A DNA stretch of 64,000 nucleotides, from contig NC_058368.1 of NCBI RefSeq assembly GCF_018350175.1, positions 136,216,001-136,280,000 on the forward strand. The letters are read 5' to 3'. The notes beneath the pieces were generated by a model. It made no database searches and was not told the DNA's origin. It was given only the letters and a program-made list of their open reading frames with translations. Position numbers and translations under genes: made by a program. Position 1 is the first letter of the stretch. Every line of letters begins with the position of its first letter. The stretch is from Felis catus. Lineage: Eukaryota. Below, piece after piece: positions 13,243 through 26,845 of this stretch.

Positions 13243-14175
13243 GTAAACACTCATTTATTCTTCCTTTTATGCTTTTAATGAAAATGTTCCTTGATAGTTA
13301 TTGGTTTTAGGAAAAACCAGTAGCAGTAAGCTTTGACTCTTCAAGACTGTTCGTTGGTGTGCTGACATTTCATTTTTTCCTGTTGTCAGTTTTTTTGCTC
13401 TTACAGCATTGCCATTATGTGGGAAAAAGTAAAATTTCAGATTCATCAATTTAAAAAGTTTTTTTATGTTTATTTATTTTTGAGAAAGACAAAGCATGAG
13501 CAGGGAAGGGGCAGAGAGAGAGGGAGACACAGAATCTGAAGCAGGCTCTGGGCTTGAGCTGTCAGCACAGAGCCAGATGCAGGGCTTGAATCCACAAACC
13601 AGGAGATCATGACCTGAGCCGAAGTCAGATGCTCAAACGATTGAGTCACCCAAGTGCCCCTCAGATTCACTAATTTTTAAAGTATTTCTGCTTAAAGGTT
13701 TATTTCAGCCACAGCATCCATTAAAATTTTTGTTTTACCTGAAGCAACTGAAACCTTTTCATTAGTTCATTAGTTATATTCATCCTATATACTAATTTTG
13801 CGTAATTATGAATTTTCTGCTTTGTTATATAACTTGTAAATAATGTCTATGTGGGTTTTTTGCTGATTAAATAAGTGATATTTCCTAAGAACTTGGCAAA
13901 TTGTTATTATTTTCTATTTTCAAATTGTGGACATAATAGACATCCTTTTGCTTGGAAGAAATTGCATCATGGGGAATGTAAACTATTAATGTATAAACAA
14001 TTACAGCAAATTCTGCTGTGCCATTATTGGTCAATGCAAAAATTTACTTTAGAAGGCTTTGTGAGTTGAAACTAAAAGGTATTTCCAAAATAAGTTTTTT
14101 TTTTTAATTTTTTAAGCTTATTCATTTATTTTGAGAGAGAGTGTGTGTGTGCCTGCTTGCACATGTGAGCAGGAT

Positions 14176-14179
<4 letters not shown>

Positions 14180-14234
<55 letters not shown>
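14180..14234. repeat. (AG)n microsatellite expanded inside an antisense CanSINE (~14100-14355)
   Basis: Uninterrupted AG run of over 50 bp. Confidence 0.95.
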
Positions 14235-14237
<3 letters not shown>

Positions 14238-14610
14238 CTCAAGCAGGTTCTGGGCTCATAGCACAAACGTGGGGCTTGAACTCACAAACCATGAGATCAT
14301 GACCTGAGCAGAAATCAAGAGCTGGATGCTTAACATACTGAGCCCCGCAGGTGCCACTGTAAGTATTTTGATAGATTCTGAAGTGCTTAGCTTTATAATG
14401 CTGCGTGATAATTACTTTACCAATATGGAAAAGCACAAATAGTTTTGGTGGTTAAAACAGGGGACTTGTAATGACCTAAAGATGGTTTTTGAAGACTTTT
14501 AAAATGGAAGTTAACTCCATGCATACAGTTCTAACAATGCATGTCACAGTTGAAGTGACATTTGTGCTGTGCAGGCAGAGGCAGACAGATGTGTTGATTA
14601 AAAGATGCTT

Positions 14611-15025
14611 GGGGTGCCTGGGTGGCTCAGTCACTTAAGCATATGACTCTTGATTTCAGCTCAGGTCACGAACTCATGGTTTGTGAGTTTGAGCCCCGCA
14701 TTGGGCTCTGTGCTGACAGCATGAAACCTGCTTGGAATTCTCTCTCCCTCTCTCTCTGCCCCTCCCCTGCTGGTGCTCATGCTGTCTCCCTCCCTCTCTC
14801 TCTCTCAGTAAATAAACTTAAAAAAAAAAAAAAGATGCTATAGGGGTGCCTGGTTGGCCCAACTCTTGATTGCGCCTCAGGTCATGATCTTGGTTGTAGA
14901 ATCCAGCCGAGTGTGGAGCCTGCTTGGAATTCTGTCTCTCCTTCTCTCTCTGCCCCTCCCTCACTTGCACGTGCATGTGCTCTCTCTCTCTCTTTCAAAA
15001 TAAAGAAACATTAAAAAAAAAAAAA
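14611..15025 (+). mobile_element. Two tandem sense CanSINEs
   Basis: GGGGTGCCTGG heads at 14611 and about 14843, each with an AATAAA/A-rich tail. Confidence 0.88.
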
Positions 15026-16967
15026 GCCACATCCTGTAAACTGTAGAATGCTTCCTGATTTCAGGGATGTTAAAAGTGTGAACAAAATGTATGTATTAGA
15101 ATGAATGCAATATGGTAAACGAGCTAGGAGAAGGGCTTTTCAGTCTCCAAGTCTGTGGAAATGGAGATAGTGCAGAATCTTTGAGAATAATCCTTGGAAA
15201 ACTAAGATGCTGTGTCATGTTGTTTTTATGGCTATCCACATATCCCAAGTCCGTTTAAATGCCAGAGGAGCAGGGCTCTGTAATCTGAAAATCTGTTTCA
15301 AGGATAGCCCTCTTTCTGATTTTTCCTAATAAAACTGGAAGTCACCAACTGTTCCAAATTGCCAATTCATACTCTAGGCGGAATTAACAAAGAATGGTTT
15401 TATCTTAAGTACTTGGAAAACAAATGTGTGTGTTTCTTATCACTTCTTTGTCATTCTACCTTCTCTGGCCACCTCTCCCTTGCTAGTCCTTTAGTGAGTA
15501 TTTAGGTCACCTGACTCTCCAAAGACCCTCACCACAAGACCTGGCTTTCCTTTCATTGCCTCAGGTGCATTTTTCTTGTAATATTTATTTTTAAACAATA
15601 TTATTAAGGTATAACTGACATACAATAAACTGCATTATTTAAAATGTACAATTTGGGTTTTGACATAGGTATATTCCTTGTGAAACCGGCACTACAACCA
15701 AGATCATAAACGTGCCTCTCCCAGAAATTTCCTGTGCCCCTTGATAACCCCTCTCTCCTGCGCTCTCCTACACCCAGACCCACCTTAGTAGGGGAAGTCA
15801 GGTCCTCTGAGTGGTTGGGAGAAAGAGAAGAGCGGTTTGACTTCATTACACTATTTTGGAACTAAATCTTTGCCTCCTAGAATTATTTTCATTTTAAAAG
15901 GTTAAACGTGTAATACAATTTTCTTGGTAACTTTAAGGCAGATTTAATCTTAAAAATCTGCCATCTGCCTCTTCAGGGAAAAAAAAAAAATTCCCTTGGA
16001 TAGAGGAAAGAGGCCTGGTTTGAAAAACAAGGTAATACTTGGAAGCTTGTATGAAGTAGGTAAGAGCTTGTTTTCTCCCCTAAAAAGCCCCCAAAGAAAT
16101 AGCTTTTTTAGATAACTGAACACTTCATGAGCCCCAGAGTGGCTTAAGCTGAAAGTCGTGGGCACCAGTGAAAATAAACCTATTAAGGTACTGTATGATC
16201 CTTCCCTTTCTGGTCTGATGCCTTGGGTTGCTGAGAGTGGGTTATCGATATTCACGAGATACCGAGCCCGGCAGCCGTCAGTCTCGGGGAGGGTTGGTGT
16301 GCTGTTCACTTCAGGCAGCCTCACCCGGTTACCTCCGTGGGCTCTTTGACTACTGTAGTTTTCTTGCACCGGAGCAACTTGAGGAAACACAGAAGCCAGT
16401 CTCTGAGTGAAGATACTAACAGAAGTGGACTTCTTAGTTGGCATGTTAAGTGTGCAGCTCTCTCCCATTTGGAGACAGTGTAAAAAGTTATGGGTCACCT
16501 ACCTTTAGGTAAGTCTTGCTGCACTCATCATGGAGGTCATTTCTAAAACAGTGCTTTTCGCCTGGGACAAATGAAGCTAGGACTTTTTCAAATTTCACAT
16601 AGTACGTAGCAGAGCGCTAGGTAGTCGTAGGTATTGAACAGATGTGGAGTTGAGGCAGTATTGGCAATGCATGAGTTGCAGAGAAGATGCTATATTATTT
16701 CTTTAAGCAATTACCAGTGAATTCAGAAAATGTATGGTACGCTGTGAAATCAGAAATCGACTGATTTTTTTTTTTAAATGCAAGTTTATTTACTTCAGAA
16801 AATAAAGCTTGTGAGTTGAATGGAAGATCTGAAAATTAGCTCTTTCTGAAAAGATACGTTGAACTTTTAAAAGTGCTGTATTTTGGGCTGTTTTATGTTT
16901 TTCTGGCCTTAAATTACTGGGAGACCTTATATGCTATCAATCTAATCTAATCATGTTTTTATCGCAG

Positions 16968-17052
16968 GGGGCAGTGAGAAAGCCCGAGAACGCCACGTAT
17001 CAAGAGGAAAACTTTTAGCCAGAGAAAGAGTGGACAGTCTTATAGACCCAGG
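16968..17052 (+). CDS. MCCC2: MCCC2 exon 3
   Basis: CGCAG acceptor. Encodes (G)[27 protein letters not shown](G). Donor GG|GTTGGT. 85 nt. Confidence 0.92.
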
Positions 17053-17154
17053 GTTGGTATAGCCCAAGTGCTAACTCAAGTGTTCTCTAATCTGTGGTAC
17101 TTTCTTAAACAGTTTTATAAATAAGTGATTTAAAATTCTGATTCTTACTCTAAG

Positions 17155-18180
17155 ATTCAACAACAAATGTTTATTGAGAGGCTAAGTGTCAGGCACTGTT
17201 ATAGGTGCTAGTGATACATGAGTGAACAAAACCGACACAGGTCCTTGTCCAACTGGAGTTTACATTGTAGCAGGAGGAAGTAGAAAGTAAATGACAAATG
17301 TAAGTTCTGCGGTATGTTAGAAGGTGATAAATGTCATGGGAAAACGAAAGACCGGAATAAGGGAGGAGGGTCAAGTTGTAGTTTTAAATAAGGTGGTTAG
17401 GGTAGGCCTCCTTGAGAAAGTGACATCTGAGCAAAGATTTGAAGGAGTGAAGAGAGAGAGCCCTGAAATACAGTGAAAGAGTGTTAACAGACAGAAGGAA
17501 TAGCCATTGCAAAGGCCCTGAGGTAGGAATGTGCAGGATAAGCTGATACGCTCAAGAACCGAGGATGCCAATGTGTTTGGGGTAGAAGGCATGAAGGGGA
17601 GAGTGGTAGGAGGTAGGGTTCCATTCCATAAAACCTTGGAGGTTAGTGTAAGAGTTTTGGCTTTTTTTTTTTTAAGTTTATTTTTATTTTGATAGAGTGA
17701 GGGGTGGGGGGTGGGTGGGGAGAGAATCCCAAGCAGGCTCTGCACTGTCAGCGCAGAGCACGATGTGGGGCTTGAACTCATGAACCATGAGATCATGTCC
17801 TGAACCAAAATCAAAAGTCGGAGGTTTAACCGACTGAGCCACTCAGGCACCCCAAGAGTTTTGGCTTTTATCCAGAGAGGAATGAGGAGGCTCTTGGGAT
17901 TTTGAACATGAAACTATTATGATCTATGTGACTTACATCTGAAAAGAGTCATTCTAGCTGCTGTTTGGGGAGTAGAAAGTGGGCAGCAAGGCTGGAAGCA
18001 CCAAGATGAGTTAGACATCCCTGGCAGTGATTCAAAGGAGGCATGATATGACTTTGAACTTAGGATAGTAGTACTAGAGGTGATGAGAATGTCCTGTCAA
18101 GATAGAGCTAACCCAGTGGGATTTCCTGAAGGATTGGAGTGGAGGGAATGCAGGTGGAGAGAAGGGAATGAGGACTCCAA
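17155..18180 (-). mobile_element. L2 3' fragment interrupted by a CanSINE (~17660-17853)
   Basis: Antisense L2 3' end ATTCAACAACAAATGTTTATTGAG...GTCAGGCACTGTT. The SINE has TSD AAGAGTTTTGGCTTTT. Confidence 0.8.
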
Positions 18181-18829
18181 AAGTTTTTTTTTTTTTTAAG
18201 TTTTATTTTTATTTATTTTGAAAGAGGAGCACAGTGGGAGAGGGACAGAGAGGGAGAGAGAATCCCAGGCGGGCTCCACACTGTCAGTGCAGAGCCTGAT
18301 GTGGGGCTCAAACCCACGAACTGCGAGATTATGACCTGAATAGAAGTCAGACACCTGACTGACTGAAAAACTCAGTCCTTTTTTTTTTTTTTTTTAATTT
18401 TTAAAGTTTATTTACTTATTTATTTTTGAGAGAGACAGAGAGAGCAAGCAGGGGAGGGGTGGTGAGAGAGGGAGAGAATCCCAGGCAAGCTCCACACTGT
18501 CAGTATGGAGCCCAATGTGGGGCTCCAACTCACGAAGCGTGAGATCATGACCTGAGCTGAAACCAAGAGTCGGACGCTTAACCGACTGGGCCACCCAGGC
18601 GCCCCCGAAAGTATTTTTTTATGACATACACCCATATTCCCAACCTGGAGACAAAAACACTGTTAACACCAAGTGTGCATCCTTCTAGACTGTTCTTATG
18701 TGTATGTGTAACAGACACTTTTTTTTATAAGAAAAATGGAATCATACTAAATGTGGTGTTTTATAACACCCTTTTTTCCCCTACTTAACTAGATCTTGAA
18801 CATTTAAGTAAGTGAAAGGTGGAGTAATA

Positions 18830-19075
18830 GCTACAGTGGTGTGGAGCCTGGTCCCTGGGGTTAGATTGCTTATTAAAACCCAGCTCTGCCACTTACTAGT
18901 TGTGTGACTTCAGACAAGTGATTCAGTTTCTTTTTTTTAGTTTCCTCCTCTGTCAGTGGGGATCATAATAGGATTCACCTCAGGAAGTAGTTCTGAGGTA
19001 CAAGTGAGTTAGGTTTCTGAAGGTCCTGAAAAAGAGCTGGGCGAAGGGTAGGGGCTTATATAAGTGTTACATGCT
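18830..19075 (+). mobile_element. MIR
   Basis: CCCAGCTCTGCCACTTACTAGTTGTGTGACTT core. Confidence 0.75.
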
Positions 19076-19295
19076 ATTCTCTTTCTGTACTAATAAACAC
19101 ATTGGTATAACATCCTTTAAAATAGCTACTTAGTGTTCTATTTCATGGCTATACTGTGTAAATCCTCAAACTACCCACACTAGATTTTGTTTAAATATTT
19201 TTCTTTTTTGTGGATTTTATATATGTTCAACATGCATGCTTGAAACATTGGCTTGTTAGTCTTTTCCACGTATAACTTTAAATATGCATTTTTAA

Positions 19296-19439
<144 letters not shown>

Positions 19440-19779
19440 TGAGTGTTCTACTTACACTCCATAATGTGGGGCAGGAAAAGATTGAGGGGCACAGTCTTCT
19501 AGCTCTCACTGCTTTGCATATGAACTTGCAAGTTTTGTGCTATTTATATTATGTAGGGCTGAGGCTTCCTGCCCAGACATGTATTAGATTTATCTGTGGA
19601 GATTTAGAGACAAAGACTGAAGGGGAAAAAAAAAAAACAAAACAAACAAACAAATTCTGGGGCTCAAATCCAAATCTTCCTACATAATCAGAATCTGCAG
19701 GCGTGGGCTTTGCTTATATCGTTTTCCAAGGCTCTGTAGGTGATCTCTTGGACATCTCTGGTGAAAACCACTGTCTTAG

Positions 19780-20203
19780 AGGAGTCATTCTCTAATTGTG
19801 CTATTCAGGTAGCATCAGCATCACCTGAGAACTTGACAGAAGTGTAGATTACTAGGTCTTCGTAAGAAGTATTAAATTAAATTTTGAGGGTGGGTCTGGC
19901 AATCTGTTTTTTTAAAAATTTTTTTTTTTTTTCAACGTTTTTTATTTATTTTTTTGGGACAGAGAGAGACAGAGCATGAATGGGGGAGGGGCAGAGAGAG
20001 CGGGAGACACAGAATCAGAAGCAGGCTCCAGGCTCTGAGCCGTCAGCCCAGAGCCCGACGCGGGGCTCAAACTCACGGACCACGAGATCGTGACCTGGCT
20101 GAAGTCGGACGCTTAACCGACTGCGCCACCCAGGTGCCCCTGGCAATCTGTTTTTTAACAAGCCCTCCAAGATTCTGGAATGCTAATATTTGAGAACCAC
20201 TCT
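19780..20203. mobile_element. MER5A-like element split by a young antisense CanSINE (19912-20139)
   Basis: MER5A-like AGCATCAGCATCACCTGAGAACTT and terminal TTTGAGAACCAC. SINE TSD CTGGCAATCTGTTTTT at 19896-19911 and 20140-20155. Confidence 0.8.
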
Positions 20204-21954
20204 AGACTTGGGGAATCTAGATTGCTAGAACTTAAATTTACTTGCGTATATTTATGTATGGTCTCACATTTACCATCTCAAGTTAGCATGCCAGGCATTG
20301 TAGTAAACACTTCCCACTGATTGGTTGTTTTATTTTACTTATGTATTTTTTGGGGGAGGAGGAGAGCTAGAGCACACATGTGTGTGGGGGAGTTGCAGAG
20401 GGAGAGGGAGAATCCTAACCAGGCTCCACACCCAGCATGGAGCCCAGCGTGGGGCTCTATCTCTGCTCTATAAGTGTGAGATCATGACCTGAGCCCAAAT
20501 CAAGAGCTGGACACTTAGCTGGCTGAGCCACCCACATGCCCCAGTTGTTCTAATGATCACCACAGCTATGTGAGAATGGGTATTACATTCTCATGGGCAT
20601 CCCTGTTCTGCAGGCACGGAAGCCTGCTTGGTAAGATCATAACTGGCCCAAGATCAAGACCCTGGCAAAGTCCAGCTTTGACCTCAGGTGGATGGACTCA
20701 GCCTGATACAGTTGCATTTGACTCCGATGCTGGTTTATTGTGTGTATGTTCTCCCACTTTCTCCCCATGATTTGTGCCTTCAGGGGAGGTACGGCCATAG
20801 CCATTCACCATTGTTGCTTCACCTTCCTGTACCCCCACAACTCTTGCACTCTTTGCCAGTTATGGTCTGCTTAATATTTACCCAGTGTGGAGACACTTTC
20901 TTTTTGTAGTCTTAGGGGACGCTTAAAAATAAACCTTTCATAAAAGGATAAACTTCATGCAGAGTTAAACTAAATTCAGTATCATGAAATACGTAATTAA
21001 GCAGGATAGTTACTGATAATTATGTCTCCAGTCATAATGACAGCAGGTTAGAGCATGCTCTTTCACCTTTCCTGTGCATATATTAATATCTTATTATTTG
21101 TGCTTTTATATTTTTCATTTTCTTTCTTTGTGCCTTGTTCTCACTTTATCACGTTTTCAGCTTGGAAGGAAATTGAATTACACTTAAAAGTTGTGTGGGT
21201 TCAGGAGTTGTCAGCCTCCATTAGAATCCTGGCTTTAGCATTTTGTAGCTGTTTGACCTTTAGCAAATTGCTTGACCACTCAGTGCCTTGGTTTTCACAT
21301 CTGGAAAATATGATTCATTATAAATTTTTTTTTAATGTTTATTTATTTTTGAGACACAGTGAGAATGTGAGTGGGGAAGGGATAGAGAGAGAGGGAGACA
21401 CAGAATCTGAAGCAGGCTCCAGGCTCCGAGCTGTCAACATGGAGCCCGACACGGGGCTTGAACTCGTGAACCGCGAGATCATGACCTGAGCAGAAGTCGG
21501 ATACTCAATCAACTGAGCCACCCAGGCACCCCAAGATAATATGATTCATTATAAAATGGAATAATCATACCATCTACTGTAGAGGGTTGTCATGGAACAA
21601 GAGAAAGAAGCAAGAAAGGAAGAAAAACACCTCTTTTCCTTAAGAGATGCATAATACAAGTGTACTTTTGCCCCTGAGAGTAGACAGACTCATGTAGATG
21701 AGAGTAGAAGCTCTGTTTCCTGCAGCAAGGTCATTGGTAGCTTCAGCCTGGAGCTTTTCAGAGCCAAATCCATTCATACGGTCATTAAAAACTTTTATAC
21801 CTTTATTGCTTTCTTATATATTTTTGAGTAGTGCTGCGTCTTATTGATTTAGGCTCCGTGATACGTTCTGAAGTAGACCCCAAGAAATTTAATGAGGAGA
21901 CTTGTATGGAATTTTATTTATAAACCAGCTTAGAATCAAGGATTCCTTGCCTGA

Positions 21955-21991
21955 AATATATACATATAGCGTATATATATACACATATATG

Positions 21992-22023
<32 letters not shown>

Positions 22024-22078
22024 CATATATATATGTATATATATGTGTATATATATATATACATATATATATACATAG
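21955..22078. repeat. Imperfect (TA)n microsatellite
   Basis: About 120 bp of alternating TA with CA/TG interruptions. Confidence 0.95.
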
Positions 22079-22504
22079 CCTATACTCAAGCCGTTTTCTC
22101 TGAATCATGTGGTCTTCACCTGATTCTTTGACTGGCTTTTGCTCTCCATTCATATTTCCCCTGGAGCAGTGCTTAGGAGCATGCATTCTAGAATCAGACT
22201 GCCTAGAGTCAAATGCTGGTTTTAACTTGTTGGTTGGTAACATTGGGTCAGTTGCTTAACTTTTTTGTACCTGTGTCCTCATCTGTAAGTGGGATATCTC
22301 ACATACCTAAAGCCTTGAAAGAGCACCTCGTACATCATAAGTGACACGTCAGTATGGGCTGTTACTGTTATTTTTACCATTCCTTCACCATTATACCGTA
22401 ACATAGCCCCATCTCAATTACTTTGTTTTATTATATATTTTACCTTGTTTTATTATGTGTTCTATAGTAACTAATAATAATAAATATTGTATTACTATAA
22501 TAGT

Positions 22505-23365
22505 GTGATTTGTAGATAGATGTAGTTAGGCATTCAGATGACCAAAATTTGCTTCTCATATATATTTGGTCTTTGTCCACAGTTCCTGGCTCATAGCTCC
22601 CCAAAATCCTTGGAAGTACTGAGAGTGGTCATGGTGAACTTTGTTCTATCAGTGAAGGTGGCTTTTGGACCCCACCCCAGGGCAGGGCCTAGTTGTTCAG
22701 AGAGCCAACTGTGTGATTAGAGGTTTGGAACTTCTCTGCCGTACTTATTCCCCCAATCCCCACCTTTGGGGAAGGGAGAGGGGCTGGAGATCGAATCAGC
22801 TAATGGCCACTGAATTACTCAGTCGTGACTAGGCAGTAAAGCCTACATAAAACCCAAGAGGACTGGGAGCTTCCTGGTCAGTGAGCATGTGGAGATGAGG
22901 GCAGAGTGGTGCACCTAAGAGAGGACACGGAAGCTCCCCGTCCTTTCCCCATACCTTGCCCTGTGCATCTCTTCACTGAGTGTTAATTTGTGTCTTTTAT
23001 CATGTCTTTGATAAAACGGTGAACTTAAGTTAAGTGTTTAAGTGTTAAGCATTCTAGCAAGTTAAAAGAACCTAAGGTGGAGGTGGTTGGAACCTATAGT
23101 CTGTAGCTGGTTGGTCAGGAAGCACAGGTCACAGCCTAAGCTTATGATTGCCATCTGAAGTGGGGGGTGGAGAGCAGTCCTGTAGGAGTAACCCTTAGCC
23201 TGTGGAATATGATGCTGTTTCCGAGCAGATCATGTCAGAATTGAGTTGAATTCTCAGACACCAGCAATACCCCCGCAGAGTGTCCGAGAATTGTTTGATG
23301 TTGAATGTGGGTGAACCCTCCCCCGCACATTGGGACTGGAAACCCAGAAAGAATTGGTGTGTGTA
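22505..23365 (+). mobile_element. Solo LTR, MER21-like (ERVL class)
   Basis: TATATTTGGTCTTTGTCC...GTTCCTGGC...AGCTCC...AAATCCTTGGAA and CTTTCCCCATACCTTGCCCTGTGCATCTCTTC resemble the recalled MER21 consensus. Confidence 0.7.
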
Positions 23366-24639
23366 GAATTACCTTGTTTTATTACAGTGTCATAGCACAT
23401 ATAGTCAGAAATTACCTAACGGATTTGTTGTGTGTTTTTGCTTCCCCTAACTGATCCTTTCCACTACAATGGGAGCTCTGTGACATCAGGAATTTTGCCC
23501 TTCTTGTTCACTCCATGTCCTTAGTTTCTAGAAAAGGACAAGGCATATAGAACACACTTAAAAAATATTTGTTGAATAAATGAATGGATGTCAGGGGTTA
23601 TTTTATAGGCCAAGTTATATCTCTTGTGGTTATTTCCAGAATGAGATAATTAAGTTGTATCACACTTACAGGATGATGCTCTGTTTTTGTTTTCTTTATT
23701 TGGGGGCTTGGTGTGGAATCCCCCTTACTCTACAGTGATTTCAAGTAGGTAAAGACAGGGAGCAGAAGACAGCTTGGTTTAATTCCACTGCACATTTTAA
23801 ACCATGTAGTCAGAAGTATCCTCCCAGACACCAACTTTCAAGTCGTTCTCTATGCACATCAACAACAGGGTTTCATACTGAGCGTATGCATTTTGCCCCA
23901 CGAGACTCCTCTCCATGGGAGTCTGGCCAAGGAAAGACTTACCTTTTCCCTAGACTTACCATGCTGGCCAAGGAAAGACTTACCTTTTTCCTAGAGCTGT
24001 GCCAGTGTTAGATATTATGACTGAAAAGGTTCACTCATTTACTAGGTGTAAAGTAGCAGTTCATTGTGATTTACACGCACCTTTCTTACGTAAATAGTGT
24101 GGTTGTATATATTGTCACCACTCTTTCTCTGGCCGATGCTAGATGCCCAAACTCGTTTAAGAAAAAAAGAATTTATTGACTCTTAGCTGATAAGTGTGAA
24201 CATAGCTGGATGTCGGAGCTCACACGGTGTTATCAGGTCACAGGTGTGTTTTGGTTTTATTCCCAGGCAAGCTTTCTAAACCCAGAGGCAGGGCTAGCCA
24301 GAGACATCCCAGTTTCTGTTCTGTAAGGTCAGTAGCTGAGGTAGGAGAGCCCCAAAGGGGTTAGGCTTGGGGTCCAAGCACTCCCCCCCTTTTTTTTTTA
24401 AGTACTTATGTTTTATGTTCAAGTTCAAATGATCCTTTTTTCTGATATTTATTTAAGAAAACTTTTTTGAACTTAATGTTTATCTTATTGTCTTGTGGTT
24501 CGAGTTAGGGGTCCAGTCACCCAGCTCTCTTCTTAGAATCCCACTTAAATTCCTTAAATTAGATAATCCAGAATAACAATAGCTAACATTTATCCAGTGT
24601 CCACTATGTGCCAGGGAATATTTTAAGTATTAAATGAAT

Positions 24640-25077
24640 ATTTTTTTATTAAAAAAAATTTTTTTTAACGTTTATTTATTTTTGAGACAGAGACAGAGTA
24701 TGAACAGGGGAGGGGCAGAGAGAGAGAGGGAGACACAGAATCTGAAATGGGCTCCAGGCTCTGAGCTGTCAGCACAGAGCCTGACACGAGGCTCGAACTC
24801 ACGGACTGTGAGATCATGACCTGAGCCGAAGTCGGACACTCAACCGACCAAGCCACCCAGGCGCCCCTAAAAAAATTTTTTTAATGTTTATTCTTGAGTG
24901 AGAAAGAGAGCACGAGCAGGAGAGGGTCAGAGAGAGAGGGAGACACAGAATCTGAAGCAGGCTCCAGGCTCTGAGCTGTCAGCACAGCGCCCAATTCGGG
25001 GCTTGAACTCACTAACTGTGAGATCATGACCTGAGCCAAAGTCAGACACTTAACTGACTGAGCCACCCAGGTGCCCC
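24640..25077 (-). mobile_element. Two nested/tandem CanSINEs inside a MIR
   Basis: Outer TSD AAGTATTAAATGAAT on both sides. Confidence 0.85.
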
Positions 25078-26395
25078 AAGTATTAAATGAATGTTAAATC
25101 ACTGAAATAAGTATGAGTATTATCCTTATAAAATAGATACTACTGTTATCCCTATTTAAAATTTTTTTTATCACATACAAGTGAGAAAACTGAGGTATAT
25201 GAAAATCAGCTTTCTTGAGGTCACTCAGGAGTAAAAGTAAATGGGGGCCCACGCCCCTTGCTGAGCCACACTGTGGACTTGGGGTAGAAGGAGCTGGTTC
25301 TTTTCTATACCTTTGAAGATAGGCTTTGGGGGCCAGTGTCACTTGAACCACATGGATTAGGTAAGAGGCAGTGTCTGAAAGAAAGTTTGGTTCTGTTGCC
25401 AAAATAATAGATTGTGGGTATACAAAACCAGTAGATGTACAATGCAGTCTTTTTGTGGACTAATTTTATTTTTTATTCCGTAACATGTCTGTGACCTTTT
25501 TTGTTTGTTTGTTGATTTGTTTGTGAAAGAGAAAGAGCATGCACAGCATACACACGTGAGCTGGTGGGGGACAGAGGGAGGGAGAGAATCCCAAGCAGGC
25601 TCCATGTTCAGTGCAGAGCATGACGTGGGGCTCAGTTCCATGTTGCTGAGATCATGACCTGAGCCAAAATCCAAAGTTGGATGCTCAACGTGACTTAGCC
25701 ACCCAGGTGCCCTTGTGACCTTTTAATAAGCAAGTGAGAGTGGCTCTGTCTCTTGTGGCTCTGTCTCTTGTTCAAGGTCACATGTTCAGCAAGTGGCAGA
25801 GCCAACATTTCACCATAGCTTGTCTGACTCCATAGTCTGGCCCCTTTCCTGAATCACAGCTTCTTAAGCTTTTTTAGGGCACCAGCCCCAGGGCGGGGCA
25901 GAACAGTGCACCCTGGAGGTGTGAGATGATAGCCTCAACAACCTGCCAGAGCATAAATTTCCTTTGAAATCTAATTTGTTTACTAAAGTCATGAAAAATT
26001 GGCAGTCCACTCTAAAATGCTAACTGTAATGTGGAAAGAAGCTTTGTATCAATAAAATAGATGCTTTAAGGAGAGGAACCCTTTTATCTTGTGGGGAGCA
26101 CTGCTGGCCACGTACCCTAATGCGAGCAGTCCGTTGCTACCTGAGGCTGCTGTTCAGTTGCTGTTCTCTACTTTATTTTCAACAGGGATTCAGTGACTCA
26201 CTTTTTAGAATTCTAGAGAATATAAAGTGAGGTTTTAAAACATATCATAAATAGGAGTGCCTGGCTGGCTCAGTTGGTGGAGTGTACAGCTCTTGTATTT
26301 GGGGTTTTAAGTTTAAGCCCATGTTGGGTGTAGAGATTACTTAAAAATAAAATCTTAAAAAAAAAATCAGAAATATAAACAAGATTACATTTTTT

Positions 26396-26845
26396 ATTTT
26401 TATTTTTTAATTTTTTAAAATGTTTATTTATTTTTGAGACAGAGAGAGACAGAGCATGAACGGGGGAGGGGCAGAGAGAGAGGGAGACACAGAACCCGAA
26501 GCAGCCTCCAGGCTCTGAGCTGTCAGCACAGAGCCTGACACGGGGCTCGAACTCACGAACTGTGAGATCAAGACCTGAGCCGAAGTCGGACACTCAACCG
26601 ACCGAGCCACCCAGGTGCCCCAAGATTACATTTTTTTTTTTTTCAACATTTATTTATTTTTGGGACAGAGAGAGACAGAGCATGAACGGGGGAGGGGCAG
26701 AGAGAGAGGGAGACACAGAATCGGAAACAGGCTCCAGGCTCCGAGCCATCAGCCCAGAGCCCGACGCGGGGCTCGAACTCACGGACAGCGAGATCGTGAC
26801 CTGGGTGAAGTTGGATGCTTAACCGACTGCGCCACCCAGGCGCCC
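26396..26845 (-). mobile_element. Two different CanSINEs separated and flanked by three copies of one TSD
   Basis: CAAGATTACATTTTTT at 26380, 26621 and 26846. Confidence 0.92.

Noticed and set aside
15950..16498. 182-aa minus-strand ORF
   Set aside because: It has a non-ATG start, no recognisable domain, runs through a homopolymer tract, and lies antisense within an intron.
21889..22243. Tyr/Ile-rich ORFs
   Set aside because: They are translations of the (TA)n microsatellite.
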